A stretch of DNA of 64,000 nt from NCBI GenBank assembly GCA_032718475.1, contig JAUCBJ010000238.1, forward strand, positions 41,647 to 105,646, written 5' to 3'. Of the stretch, positions 37,229 to 48,189 are shown in pieces; position 1 is the first letter of the stretch; each line of letters begins with the position of its first letter. The notes beneath the pieces are model-generated. The model was not told the DNA's origin and searched no databases. It was given only the letters and a program-made list of their open reading frames with translations. Made by a program: the position numbers and the translations under genes. This DNA is from Nemertoderma westbladi. Taxonomy: Eukaryota > Animalia > Xenacoelomorpha.

Positions 37229-38347
37229 GGGTAAATCTTTTCGACCTACGCGTAGTTTGTAACTTCCATTCCTGTCAATTACCGGTAGGGCCAGACTTAC
37301 TGCCTTTTTAACAACTACGCGTAGGTGTTTTAAAACTACGCGTAGTTATTTTGGAACTACGCGTTGGTATTTTGAAACTACGCGTAGGTGCTACGCGTAG
37401 CTACGCGTAGGTGCTACGCGTAGCAGTCCTGATAACAATGATTTTTCATTGCAGGTCCGGTAGGGATGAGTTGTTAGGCAAGTATCGGTATATGTCAGGT
37501 ATCTGATTATCAGACAAATGGAATAACAGAATCGGAAACTCATATCTCTACATGCAGCACTGGTAATAAATAATATTCGGCTCTTTCACATACAAACACA
37601 GGATGAATAAAAAGTAAACTTAAAATTCACGTCTCATGATTCAAGTATCTTTGTTTCCATTGGACTATTTAAATATTCTACAGTAGTAAGCTACCAATCT
37701 ACCGGTGAAGTGGTTAAGCGAAAGCTGATAAATACTGCATATAATTCAATTGTTTGGTCAAATAACAAGTGCAACCAATCATGGTAGACAATTTAGTCTC
37801 CCCCTTCCCTTGTCAAGGGGTTAACATATATATCCTTGCCCTATCGTGAACAAAGGCAATAAAAAGCATAGAGAATCGATAAGAACCATCGGCCTATTTC
37901 CTTTGTAAACTATTTTTGAACTCTAAACATTATTACCGGAAACACATTTTAGCACCCGCAACGCATGAAGTGAAGAATATGTAGTCTTAGCGTATTCCTC
38001 TATATAGAGTATACAGGTATAGGATGCATTACTGTTGAAAGCATTTGATGGTTGTGGGTTGTTTATTGAACATACCGTATGGTCTTATTTTAGTACTGAA
38101 CCGCTTGGAATACGTAGGCCTACTATTGATAAACGACGTATAGGCATAGTTATGGGTAGGACCTACGCGTAGTTATACGTAGCACCTACGCGTAGGTCGC
38201 GTAGGACCTAGGCGTAGCTACGCGTAGCACCTACGCGTAGTTAATGTTAAAACTCTGAAACTGGTGATATATGACCCAATGTTGCGAACTACGCGTAGCT
38301 ACGCGTAGCTACGCGTAGGCCTACGCGTAGGTCGAAAAGATTTACCC
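37229..38347. mobile_element. Non-autonomous TIR element with 8-bp TSD (Merlin-like) and CTACGCGTAG palindrome arrays
   Basis: TIRs GGGTAAATCTTTTCGACCTACGCGTAG and CTACGCGTAGGTCGAAAAGATTTACCC. TSD AGAATTTG at 37221-37228 and 38348-38355. Confidence 0.92.
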
Positions 38348-39960
38348 AGAATTTGTTTCATATAATTTTTAATCGTTGCTGGCAAGATGGGTTTGGGGGG
38401 GTTAGCTAGTATTTTTTAAATAGCTAATTAAAATTAAAAAATTCACTGTATTGAGGTCATTATATTTAGATATTAATGATATACTTAGAATACGTAAACT
38501 GTATAATATTTATTATTTAGCAGACAGCGGGTAATATTTTCTGATCAAATCCAACAGAGCAAGGAATGGGTATTATTTGTGTAGAAGCTTCCAACGAAAC
38601 TCAGCTAGTTGTTGGGCAAAAGTAAAATCTTAGCTGTAGAAATTCGAATATTCTAGAAAATTAAATTTCATTGACATCAAATAAAACATAACTAACAAAA
38701 AATAAAATTTATAAGCTTTTTTTAAAATTTGTTCTAGAACAAAAAATGTTTGTTCTAGAACATTTTATTATTATTTTTTAAATGTATCTCATGTTCTAGA
38801 ACATTTCATAAAAAGAAATACCAAAAACTAGGTAGTAATAAAAATTGAGGGGTGTGTACCTGTAACACACTAGTATTAAATAATATAACGAATTCAAGAA
38901 TAATATTTTTACTAATAACCATGACCTTTGTTGCGTTAAACCTGGGCAGTAAGACATGGCAAACTTTTCAAATTATTAGTGGTTTCAACTAAAATTCAAG
39001 ATTCCTAAATCTCCAATTACATTTCAAATTCTAAATCAATAATATCTAAAGTGTTTCGTACAAGCGGTACGTTCTTATTCTGGAACATATTGTGGTCTCA
39101 TTATATGATAAATTTTTGTGGTAGTTAGTGGTTTTTATGGTAGCTGGTGTTTTTTTTCATTATAGCTATTATAAAAAATGTGACGGGATCCGAAAATCCC
39201 GATTTATCCTGGTTGTTTTGTTTACGCGTCCACGCCGTATGTAAAAGAGTTCGTTGTTGTTCACATATATGTATATAATATAATAGATGTACTGAGATAA
39301 TGAGATAACTGAATGTTGATGGTTTGTACGGTAGTATACTGCACAGATATAGAAAACCGGTAATGGTGGCGGCGACGGTAACAAAAGTCACCGTTCTGCC
39401 CTAACTGTACTGAGATAACTGAATCAATGAATAACACCAACCGGTAATATACTGCTCTGGTTTGGCCATATTACTCAGCAGATGCCTAATTCTCGTCCTC
39501 CCATCTCTCTGGGAGTGTTTTCCCCCCACTACTGTCATTCTCTCTCTCTCGGAGGTGTAACCTCTGACCCCCTTTGTGTGTGGCCCTTTGGGGGTTTTAT
39601 TTGGGTGATACGAGGTTGATTGGCAATCAACCTCGTGCTTCCCAATATTGCTTAAGGGTCTCGCTGGCCCAACTTTGTGGGGTGGTTAGCGGAATTGATT
39701 CGCTAACAAAAAATGTTTTTGAAATCACATAAAAATTTTAAATACTGCTGTGTTACCATGCATACAACGCAAATAACATTAATTTAAAAAAAAATACGAT
39801 TTTTTTTTATAAAAAAAAGTAGCTACTATATAAAAAGACTAGCTACCATAAAAAACACTAGCGATCACAAAAATTTAACGGGTAATGAGTCCAAAATATG
39901 TTTCAAAATATAAATCAACAACCAAAAACAGCCCCAAACAGCTATTAAAAAAGCGTAATA

Positions 39961-41672
39961 ATGGTAACACGGGATACACTAGTACCATCATTATTGGCAC
40001 TAGCCACCGCAGCGGACGAAGACGTGGACGAGGACCATGGCGCAGTGCAAGCAGCGCTTGACCGACTGCTGACTGAACGAACCATTAAATGGTTAGAACA
40101 GGACTCAGCAGAACCCGGTAGTTACGAGACCGCTATGTCAGAACAGGAAAAACGGTCATTAAATATTATGAGAGATACCATTCGCCAGACCGCGAATGGC
40201 CACTACGAGGTTGGCATGTTGTGGCGCCATGGACAACCTAAGCTCGTTAACAACTACCCGCTTGCTTTGAGGCGACTCAAATCAATAAGGCAGCGATTGT
40301 TGCGAGACGAGACGGCCCATATGCAATACAATGCACAACTTCAGACGTATCTCCAAAAGGGATACGCCATTAGGATGTTAAATCCCGAGGTAACCACAGA
40401 TCAGACATATTACCTGCCACATCATTTTGTTCGACACCCGGACAAACCTGGCAAGGTGCGTGTAGTCAACGACTGCGCTGCGCTTTACCAAGGGATGTCT
40501 ATGAACAGCGAACTGATGGACGGGCCGAATATGAATAATTACCTCATGGGAGTCCTAATGCATTTTAGACAACGCAAAGTGGCTTTCACCTGTGACGTAG
40601 AGGCCATGTTTCACCAGGTTAAGGCTTTGGAGCGGAACAGGGACAGTTTGAGGTTTCTTTGGTATCCGGACGGAAATTTAGAACTTCCGCCAGAAACTTA
40701 CCAAATGCAGGTAAGAATTTTCGGAGCCAGGGACAGCCCCAACTGCACCATGTACGCCTTAAAGCAGACAGCATTAGACAGACAAGACCAATTTGACCCA
40801 GAAGTAGTTCGGACAGTGGAACGAGACTTCTACGTGGATGACGGCCTCAAGAGTTGTGACACTCTGGAGCGCGCTATGACCGTAGCACCCCAACTCCAGG
40901 ATTGTCTCGCTGAGGGCGGATTCCACCTTACGAAGTTCGCTTCCAACAAACCCGAACTAGTGAACTCATTCGACCTGACAGATCGCAGTGGAGGAGACTT
41001 AGACTTAGACCTAGAACCTCTACCTACGACCAAAGTATTAGGACTTAGTTGGGACCCTAACACCGACAATTTTAGGGTACGTGTAAGGTCCAACGACCAG
41101 ACTAGACCTCTCACTAAGAGGACTTGCTTATCGACCATGAGACGATTTATGACCCATTGTGTTTCATTAGTCCAGTGATCCTACATGCTAGGATCATACT
41201 CCGCAGCATTTGGCAAGCCGGACTGGAATGGGACGATCCCATCCCAGAAAAGTTAGCTGAGCAATGGAGGGACTGGGAAGCCCAACTGACGTTCCTACAA
41301 GACTATACCATACCAAGGGTATACTTTCCTTTGCAGACCACCTTTCCTGCCGATTTAGAGCTTCATAGCTTCAGTGACGCTAGTAAGGATGGACTGGGGG
41401 TTACTTTATACCTTAGACGACAAGTGATATCGGACAGCTACGAAGTGTCTCTCGTTACTTCAAGGGCTAGAACAATGCCGTTGAAGTATATGACTGTACC
41501 TCGTGGAGAGCTCCAAGCCGGGACGATATCCACCGATATTGTCAGTTTAGTTCAACGCGAGCTGGATGCTAACTTGAAGGTCACATATTGGACGGATGCG
41601 ACGTTGGTACTTTGGTACATAAACAACGAAACATTTAAGTTCAAGACTTTCGTAGCCAACAGACGGGCTGAA
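39961..41672 (+). pseudogene. BEL/Pao retrotransposon pol, RT and RNase H part (frameshift near 41140; gag/protease not seen upstream)
   Basis: YYLPHH...KPGKVRVVNDCAA, DVEAMFHQV, FYVDD, KVLGLSWD, then IYDPLCFISP, FSDASKDG, TVPRGELQA, WTDATLVL and FVANR. Confidence 0.96.
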
Positions 41673-44600
41673 TTTTTTCTCAGTTTCCAAGTTTTCTCTG
41701 CAATAGCTGTATTTTTACCGAACTTCCCTTTCATGATACAATTTTAGAATCAGAAACCGACGATTCATTTCTCACATCGCCTCTGCAAACTCCAAGTGAT
41801 GCTGAGAGTGAAACTTTTAATTTTTTTAAGAAAAAAGGTCTGCATTTTTTGCACTTAAACGCACGATCTCTGCTTCCAAAACTTTCCGAAATTCGTATTT
41901 TAATCAATAAATGCAACCCAGCAGTTTTAACAATCTCTGAAACTTGGCTCGATGATAGTGTTTCTGATGGAGAAATTTATATTGATAATTACGTAGTTTT
42001 ACGTAAGGATAGGGACAGACACGGTGGTGGTGTCTGTACTTACATTCGATGTGATTTAGCTTTTAATCGTAGGGAAGATTTAGAGACTTGTGACGAAGTT
42101 TTACTGGTGGAACTCTTACTTCCTAAAACTAAACCTATTTTAATCGGTACTTTATATCGGCCCCCTAAACAATCAGATTTTTTGCAAAATTTTGAAAATA
42201 CAATTTTATGTAATCTTAGGTCAGACTGTGAAATATATTTCTTAGGTGATTTTAATATCTGTTACCATCACAAAGCATCCCCCATCTGTAAACAGTACCA
42301 AAGTATTTTAAATTTGTTTGGTTTAAAACAAATTATTCGAGATTCTACCAGAATTACCAGTAAAACTTCTACTTTACTAGATCACATCCTTTGTAATAAT
42401 ACCGATATTATTTCTCAATCTGGGGTTTTACCTATAGGTCTAAGCGATCATTTTATAGTTTTTTGCACAAGAAAGACACAAAAATCTTTTTTCGGGGATC
42501 ATAAAACAGTAACAGTTAGGTCTATGAAAAATTACAGCAAGGAACGCTTTTTAAGTTTGTTAGTTAATTCTGACTGGGAACCCTGTTTTAAGGCCGCTGA
42601 CATTAACCATGCGTACACTGTTTTTAAAGATATATTTTTAAAGGCACTTAATACTGTAGCACCAATTAAAGAAATTAGTCTTAAACAACGCACTGAGCCC
42701 TGGATGACCTCGGGTATTCTTAGTAATATCAGAGAAAGAGATAACTATTTGTATAAATTTAGGAAATACCGTGTTTTAGCTGATTATAATAATTACTGCA
42801 AATATAGAAACCTTGTCCAACGGGAAATAAAAAAAGCGAAATCTGAATATTTGTACAACAAAATAAGTGAGAATAAAGATAATCCTAAAAGTCTATGGTC
42901 TACCCTAAAATCTTTAGGTTATAAAAACCTTAAATCTAAATCGAATATTGTTCTGCAAGATAACGGTGAGCTGATTCATGATCATACTCTAGTTAGTAAT
43001 TTATTTAATAATTATTTTACTAATGTTGCCTCTAATTTAGTTAAGAAATTACCGTTATCAAGTAATAAATATAGTATAGGGTCCGAAACTCTAAATAATT
43101 TTTATTTAGAAAAGTTACAAAATTCAGAAAAGTTATTTTTAAAACCCGTTTCTGAGGATTTCGTTTTTAAAAATCTACTTAGCCTATCAGCCTCAAAAAG
43201 TACCGGTCTAGATCTAATACCTGCCCGTTTTCTTAAGGATGGTGCTGAAGTACTTAAAGTGCCTATTACTTTTATTATTAATTACTCTATCGTAGATAAT
43301 GTAGTACCAGACGAACTGAAATTAGCTAAGGTTGTTCCTCTGTATAAAAAGAATAGTAAAGTAGAACCCTGTAATTACAGACCTGTTAGTATCTTAAGTA
43401 TTGTATCTAAAATTCTAGAACGTTCTGTTTTTCTACAGCTGGAGGCACATCTTAGTAGGCTAAATCTGATCTATGAACTTCAGTCCGGTTTTCGTAAATC
43501 ATATTCTACAGACACCTGCCTTATTAACTTAACTGATACAATTAGATGTAATAACGCAAAGGGTTTATATACTGGTATGGTAATGTTGGACCTACAAAAG
43601 GCTTTCGATACTGTAGATCACGAAATTCTGCTTGGTAAGTTAGGCCTGATGGGTGTAGGTTCTATAGACTTGTTCAAGTCCTACCTGTCAGACAGAGGTC
43701 AAACTGTAGTCATTAGCAAATCGCTGTCTACTGTACAAGAGATTACCTGTGGTGTACCGCAAGGTAGTATATTAGGTCCTCTGCTTTTTGTATGCTATGT
43801 AAATGATATGATAAGTAGTATAGATCCCGATTTTAAACTCATTTTATATGCCGACGACAGTGCTCTTATTTTCTCTCATAAAGATCCTATCCATATTTCC
43901 CAAAAGTTAAGTGCAGTTCTAGAATCCTGTAATGAGTGGTTGGTTGATAATAAGCTATCCATTCACTACGGTAAGACTGAAAGTATTTTGTTTGGTTCCA
44001 AAAGAAAGTTAAAGAAGGTAACTAAGTTTGAAGTCACTAGTAATGGACATAAGATTGAAAATAAAAAGGAAGTTAAATATTTAGGCGCCACATTGGATAA
44101 CTGCTTATCAGGAGAAAGTACAGTGAAAAATATTTTCTCGAAAGTTAACAGTAGGCTTAGGTTTCTATACAGAAATAAAAATAGTTTGAACACCGACTCC
44201 CGCAAGTTACTTTGCTCTCCTTTAATACAGTGTCACATGGACTATGCGTGCTCTTCTTGGTATGAAGGCTTAACCAAACAGCTTAAATGTAAATTACAAG
44301 TAGCTCAGAATAAATTAGTACGATTTATTAAAGACTACAAACCTAGGCACCACCTAACTCCAGATGACTTTTCTGAATCTGGACTACTTAACTTAGATAG
44401 TAGAGTTAAGCAGCTACGCCTTAACCATGTGCATAAAGTGTATAATGGTAAATGTCCCAATTACCTAAAACAAAAATTCAACAGAGTACGCGATACACAC
44501 TCTTATAGTACCAGAGCTAGTGCTTCAAACTTCTACCTCCCGAATTGTAAATCCTTTGAATCTGATACTTTCTTTTTTAACGGCATAAAAAATTGGAACG

Positions 44601-45052
44601 CTCTGCCTAATGAAATTAAAAACCTAAATAATCAACATTCTTTTAAATCTGCAGTTAAATCTCATCTCCGTGTGCAATGTAAAAATAGGTACAATAGTCC
44701 TACAGTAAGTTATTAGTTTATTAATTATTTACTATTTATACTGTAATTACGTTTTATAATAAATTGTTCTGTACATTACATCTTTATCGTTGAGTCGGGC
44801 ATTGTCACGCTCTCGGTAAAGTTGTACATGTACATAGTGTAATTACGTTTTATATTGGTTTTAGGTTAGCGTAGTGTAATATTGTATTTGTAACCAAGTA
44901 ACATAAAGGACCCCCTTGGAAATAAGCTGCAAAGCTTTAGGGGTAATCCTATATGTTATGTTGGACAATACCTTTATACCGGTACATTGTTTGGTGTATT
45001 TGTTATTGTTTTTACATAATGTATAAATAAATCTATCTATCTATCTATCTAT
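41673..45052 (+). mobile_element. 5'-truncated CR1/L2-group (Crack-like) LINE inserted in Pao pol
   Basis: TSD CTGAA (41668-41672, 45053-45057). AATAAA is followed by an (ATCT)n tail. The 3'UTR has a stem-loop around GGAAATAAG at about 44905-44950. Confidence 0.95.
41849..44716 (+). CDS. LINE ORF2: APE endonuclease plus reverse transcriptase, uninterrupted; the frame is open back to the insertion junction
   Basis: HLNARSL, ISETWL, YRPP, GDFN, LDHIL, SDH; NYRPVSIL, QSGFR, LDLQKAFDTV, GVPQGSILGP, YADD, YLG. The in-frame upstream FLCNSCIFTELPF looks like the end of a PHD finger. Confidence 0.96.
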   Translation: MHLNARSLLPKLSEIRILINKCNPAVLTISETWLDDSVSDGEIYIDNYVVLRKDRDRHGGGVCTYIRCDLAFNRREDLETCDEVLLVELLLPKTKPILIGTLYRPPKQSDFLQNFENTILCNLRSDCEIYFLGDFNICYHHKASPICKQYQSILNLFGLKQIIRDSTRITSKTSTLLDHILCNNTDIISQSGVLPIGLSDHFIVFCTRKTQKSFFGDHKTVTVRSMKNYSKERFLSLLVNSDWEPCFKAADINHAYTVFKDIFLKALNTVAPIKEISLKQRTEPWMTSGILSNIRERDNYLYKFRKYRVLADYNNYCKYRNLVQREIKKAKSEYLYNKISENKDNPKSLWSTLKSLGYKNLKSKSNIVLQDNGELIHDHTLVSNLFNNYFTNVASNLVKKLPLSSNKYSIGSETLNNFYLEKLQNSEKLFLKPVSEDFVFKNLLSLSASKSTGLDLIPARFLKDGAEVLKVPITFIINYSIVDNVVPDELKLAKVVPLYKKNSKVEPCNYRPVSILSIVSKILERSVFLQLEAHLSRLNLIYELQSGFRKSYSTDTCLINLTDTIRCNNAKGLYTGMVMLDLQKAFDTVDHEILLGKLGLMGVGSIDLFKSYLSDRGQTVVISKSLSTVQEITCGVPQGSILGPLLFVCYVNDMISSIDPDFKLILYADDSALIFSHKDPIHISQKLSAVLESCNEWLVDNKLSIHYGKTESILFGSKRKLKKVTKFEVTSNGHKIENKKEVKYLGATLDNCLSGESTVKNIFSKVNSRLRFLYRNKNSLNTDSRKLLCSPLIQCHMDYACSSWYEGLTKQLKCKLQVAQNKLVRFIKDYKPRHHLTPDDFSESGLLNLDSRVKQLRLNHVHKVYNGKCPNYLKQKFNRVRDTHSYSTRASASNFYLPNCKSFESDTFFFNGIKNWNALPNEIKNLNNQHSFKSAVKSHLRVQCKNRYNSPTVSY

Positions 45053-47655
45053 CTGAAATATTGGACCGGTCGCTCAAACAAGATTGGCATCGCTGTCCAG
45101 GGAAGCTGAACCCAGCTGACATCGCGTCACGGGGGATGCTGCCGATCGACTTTTGTAAACCGGACAATAAATCCTTTTGGTTTAGAGGACCCGATTTCCT
45201 ACAGCGACCTCCAGACGAATGGCCACCGTTATTCGACACGACAACCAATACCATACCAGAGGGTGTCGAGATAAAAATCGACACAGTTGTCAAATCTAAA
45301 GCGAAAGCCAACGCCAAGGTCAAGAGGAAACGAGGACGGACGAAATCTGATGACCTGGACGCTAGACCTGACATTACGCCAGACGTCTCACCAGAATCTC
45401 GACCAGACGCTTGTATGAATCTTTCACCGGATGTTCCGCAGGAGATTTCACCAGACGTTTCGCCGGATTGTTCACCAGATGACTCGCCAGATTATTCACC
45501 AGAAGCGACACCAGATTGTTCTCTGGATTGTTCGCCAGATTGTTTTATGGAACTCTCGACAGATTGTCTACCGGAAGTTTCACCAGACTTTCCACCAGAC
45601 ATCTCGACAGACTGTCCACCAGACTTTAGACCAGACTTTCTGACAGAAGCTACGCCAGACTTTCTTTGGGACCGACGACAGGACATTTCGCCGGAAGTTC
45701 CGCGCTATGTCTCACCAGACATCTCACCAGACTGTTCGCCGGACGCTTCACCAGACTGTCTACTAGACTCTCCATTAGAAGACCCATTGGAGCGGACTAG
45801 TACACACTCACTAGGTATTAACAACTTACCGAATTTGACTTCTTTGGACAACGAAGGTGTGGCCACAGCGATCACACTCCGCTCAAGGAAAATACTTGAC
45901 TTACCACCTACAGGTAAACGTGTAACTAAGGTTAGGAAGCTTACAAGCTCACAGGAACACACTAGGACTGTAGAGTTGAAACCGTTACTGCCAGTCAATT
46001 CACTAGGTGCGGACGGTAGAGGTAAGACCGTGGAGATTGACATACTTGGGGACTCAGACAAACCTACCGGAAGGCCCGTGGGCCTACCAAGTCCAAACAA
46101 GCATCCACATTATGACTATACCTTACCTGATGACGTCACTAACACTTACGTTGACAGGATAGTAAACCTAACTAAATCATGGACTGACGCGTGCCGCAAG
46201 TTAGCATGGCTTAAACGTTTGAGACAATATGCCAGAGGCAAACGCGACTTTCCTAGAAGACTTACCTTAGAGGAAGTTGGTCATTGTGAAGTTGATATCA
46301 TTCGCCATTATCAATTGCGATATTTCGCACGAGAATTCACAGCGATCAATCAAGGTAAACAGATCAAGTCTTCACCGATTTTGAGTTGGAGTCCGATTTT
46401 TTACAGGGGCTTACTTTGTCACAAGTCCAGACACCAGAACATTGACTTTGCACTTGACTTTAGGTATCCTATCATCATACCGCAACACCATGAGTTACAG
46501 CGCGCTATGATACTGGACGCACATGTACAACTCAAACACGTGGGTAGACATCACTACCTATCACACTTACGATCGAGGTTTGTACTGATTAGGCCTAGCA
46601 AGGCACTGAGTTCTGTAACACGGAACTGTATGATTTGTAAGAAGGTGCACGCGAGGATAGGACACCAAGAAATGAGTGAACTACCACTAGCGAGATTACA
46701 GGCGTTTAGACCCCCTTTCACTGAGACAGGGATAGACTGTTTTGGACCTATAATCGCGAAACGCGGAAGGGTACAGGTAAAACGTTGGGGATTAATCTTC
46801 ACTTGCATGGCCAGCAGAGCTGTCCATATAGAGCGTGTGACAGACTTGACTACCAATGCCTTTATCCTAGCCTTACGGCGATTTATCGCTAGACGTGGAT
46901 TGGTCAAATCCATTTATTGTGACCAAGGGACAAACTTTGTGGGTGCACGGAATGAGATAACTAGAGCTTTAAGGAAGTTGGACCAAGACCAGTTTTCCGA
47001 GGAACTACGTCCTCACCGTATTGTTTGGAACTTTAACACTCCAGACAGTCTGTGGAGAGGCGGCGTTTGGGAAAGGCTGATTGGCTCAATTAAGACAGCA
47101 ATGGCTAAAGTAATACCGACGCAACACATTTTAACAGACGACCAACTGACGACGTTGTTAATAGAAATCGAAGCGATTTTGAACACTCGACCGATCGCTT
47201 TGATCCCAGACAATAACGACGCACAGTTTGCCTTGACACCAGCGCACCTGCTTATGCAGGCGCCGACGACATTGTTGGCCACTTCGGTACCTGTTGATAG
47301 CGACGGATACGGCAACAAGGCTTGGAAAATCACTCAGCTGATAGCCAACAAATTCTGGGAAATATGGCAGAAGCATTATTTGCCCTCTATTTCGACCAGA
47401 ACCTCTTGGTATCTTAATACCCGATGTTTAAGACGTGGTGACCATGTTTTATTGGCTGAAGCTAATCTGAAAAGACGGTTTTGGCTGACTGGAGTCATTT
47501 TGACCACGCACCCTACATCTGGTGTAGTAAGGACAGTTACTGTACGGACTATCGACGGACGTACCGTAGATAGGCCTGTACAACGTCTCGTGCTCCTTGA
47601 GGAGACTAGAAACGAGACAGGAGACTACAAATCTCCACCCAACCTTAGTAAATAG
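45053..47655 (+). pseudogene. BEL/Pao pol C-terminal part: end of RNase H, low-complexity insert, integrase
   Basis: NPADIASRG; zinc-binding HVQLKHVG...CMICKK; GIDCFGP, YCDQGTNF, GGVWERLI, LNTRPI, LTPAHLL, VDRPVQRL. It joins in frame to VANRRAE when the LINE is removed. Confidence 0.96.
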
Positions 47656-48189
47656 AGATGTCGGACCCTTGATGGCCGCCACATAGATTTACCGTATTTT
47701 AGTAATTTAGTATTTTGTATTACTGTATGTGCATTTGTATTCCTCTTCACTGTAGATAGAGACAGCGGTGGAATTCCATTGTCTTTATATGTGAACATGG
47801 AGGGTAGTACCCTTATGTATCACATAGGAGCGGGATTGTGTGTACAGTAGGAATGGAATTCCACTTGGAACCCACAAGTGAGACAATTTTCAAAAATTAT
47901 TAGACAAATCCATTTGGTTGGATTTAAATTTAAGAAAAATGATTCTCCAGTGAATGCGAATTCTAGAATACAGCTAGATAAAAATTAAAATTGGGGAGGA
48001 CAAGAGCGGATGGAAGGCTTGCGAGCCTACCGATAAATTTTTTTTTGGAAAAGAAAATCGGCCTTGTTCTACGTAGTCGTGTCTACTATTATTTAGACCA
48101 AATTAATTCTCGACTGCACTATTTTCTTTGGGAAGTAGTTTGGGAAATTAAAAGGTGAATATTTTAGACTCGCGGCTAGTTTACCCGGA

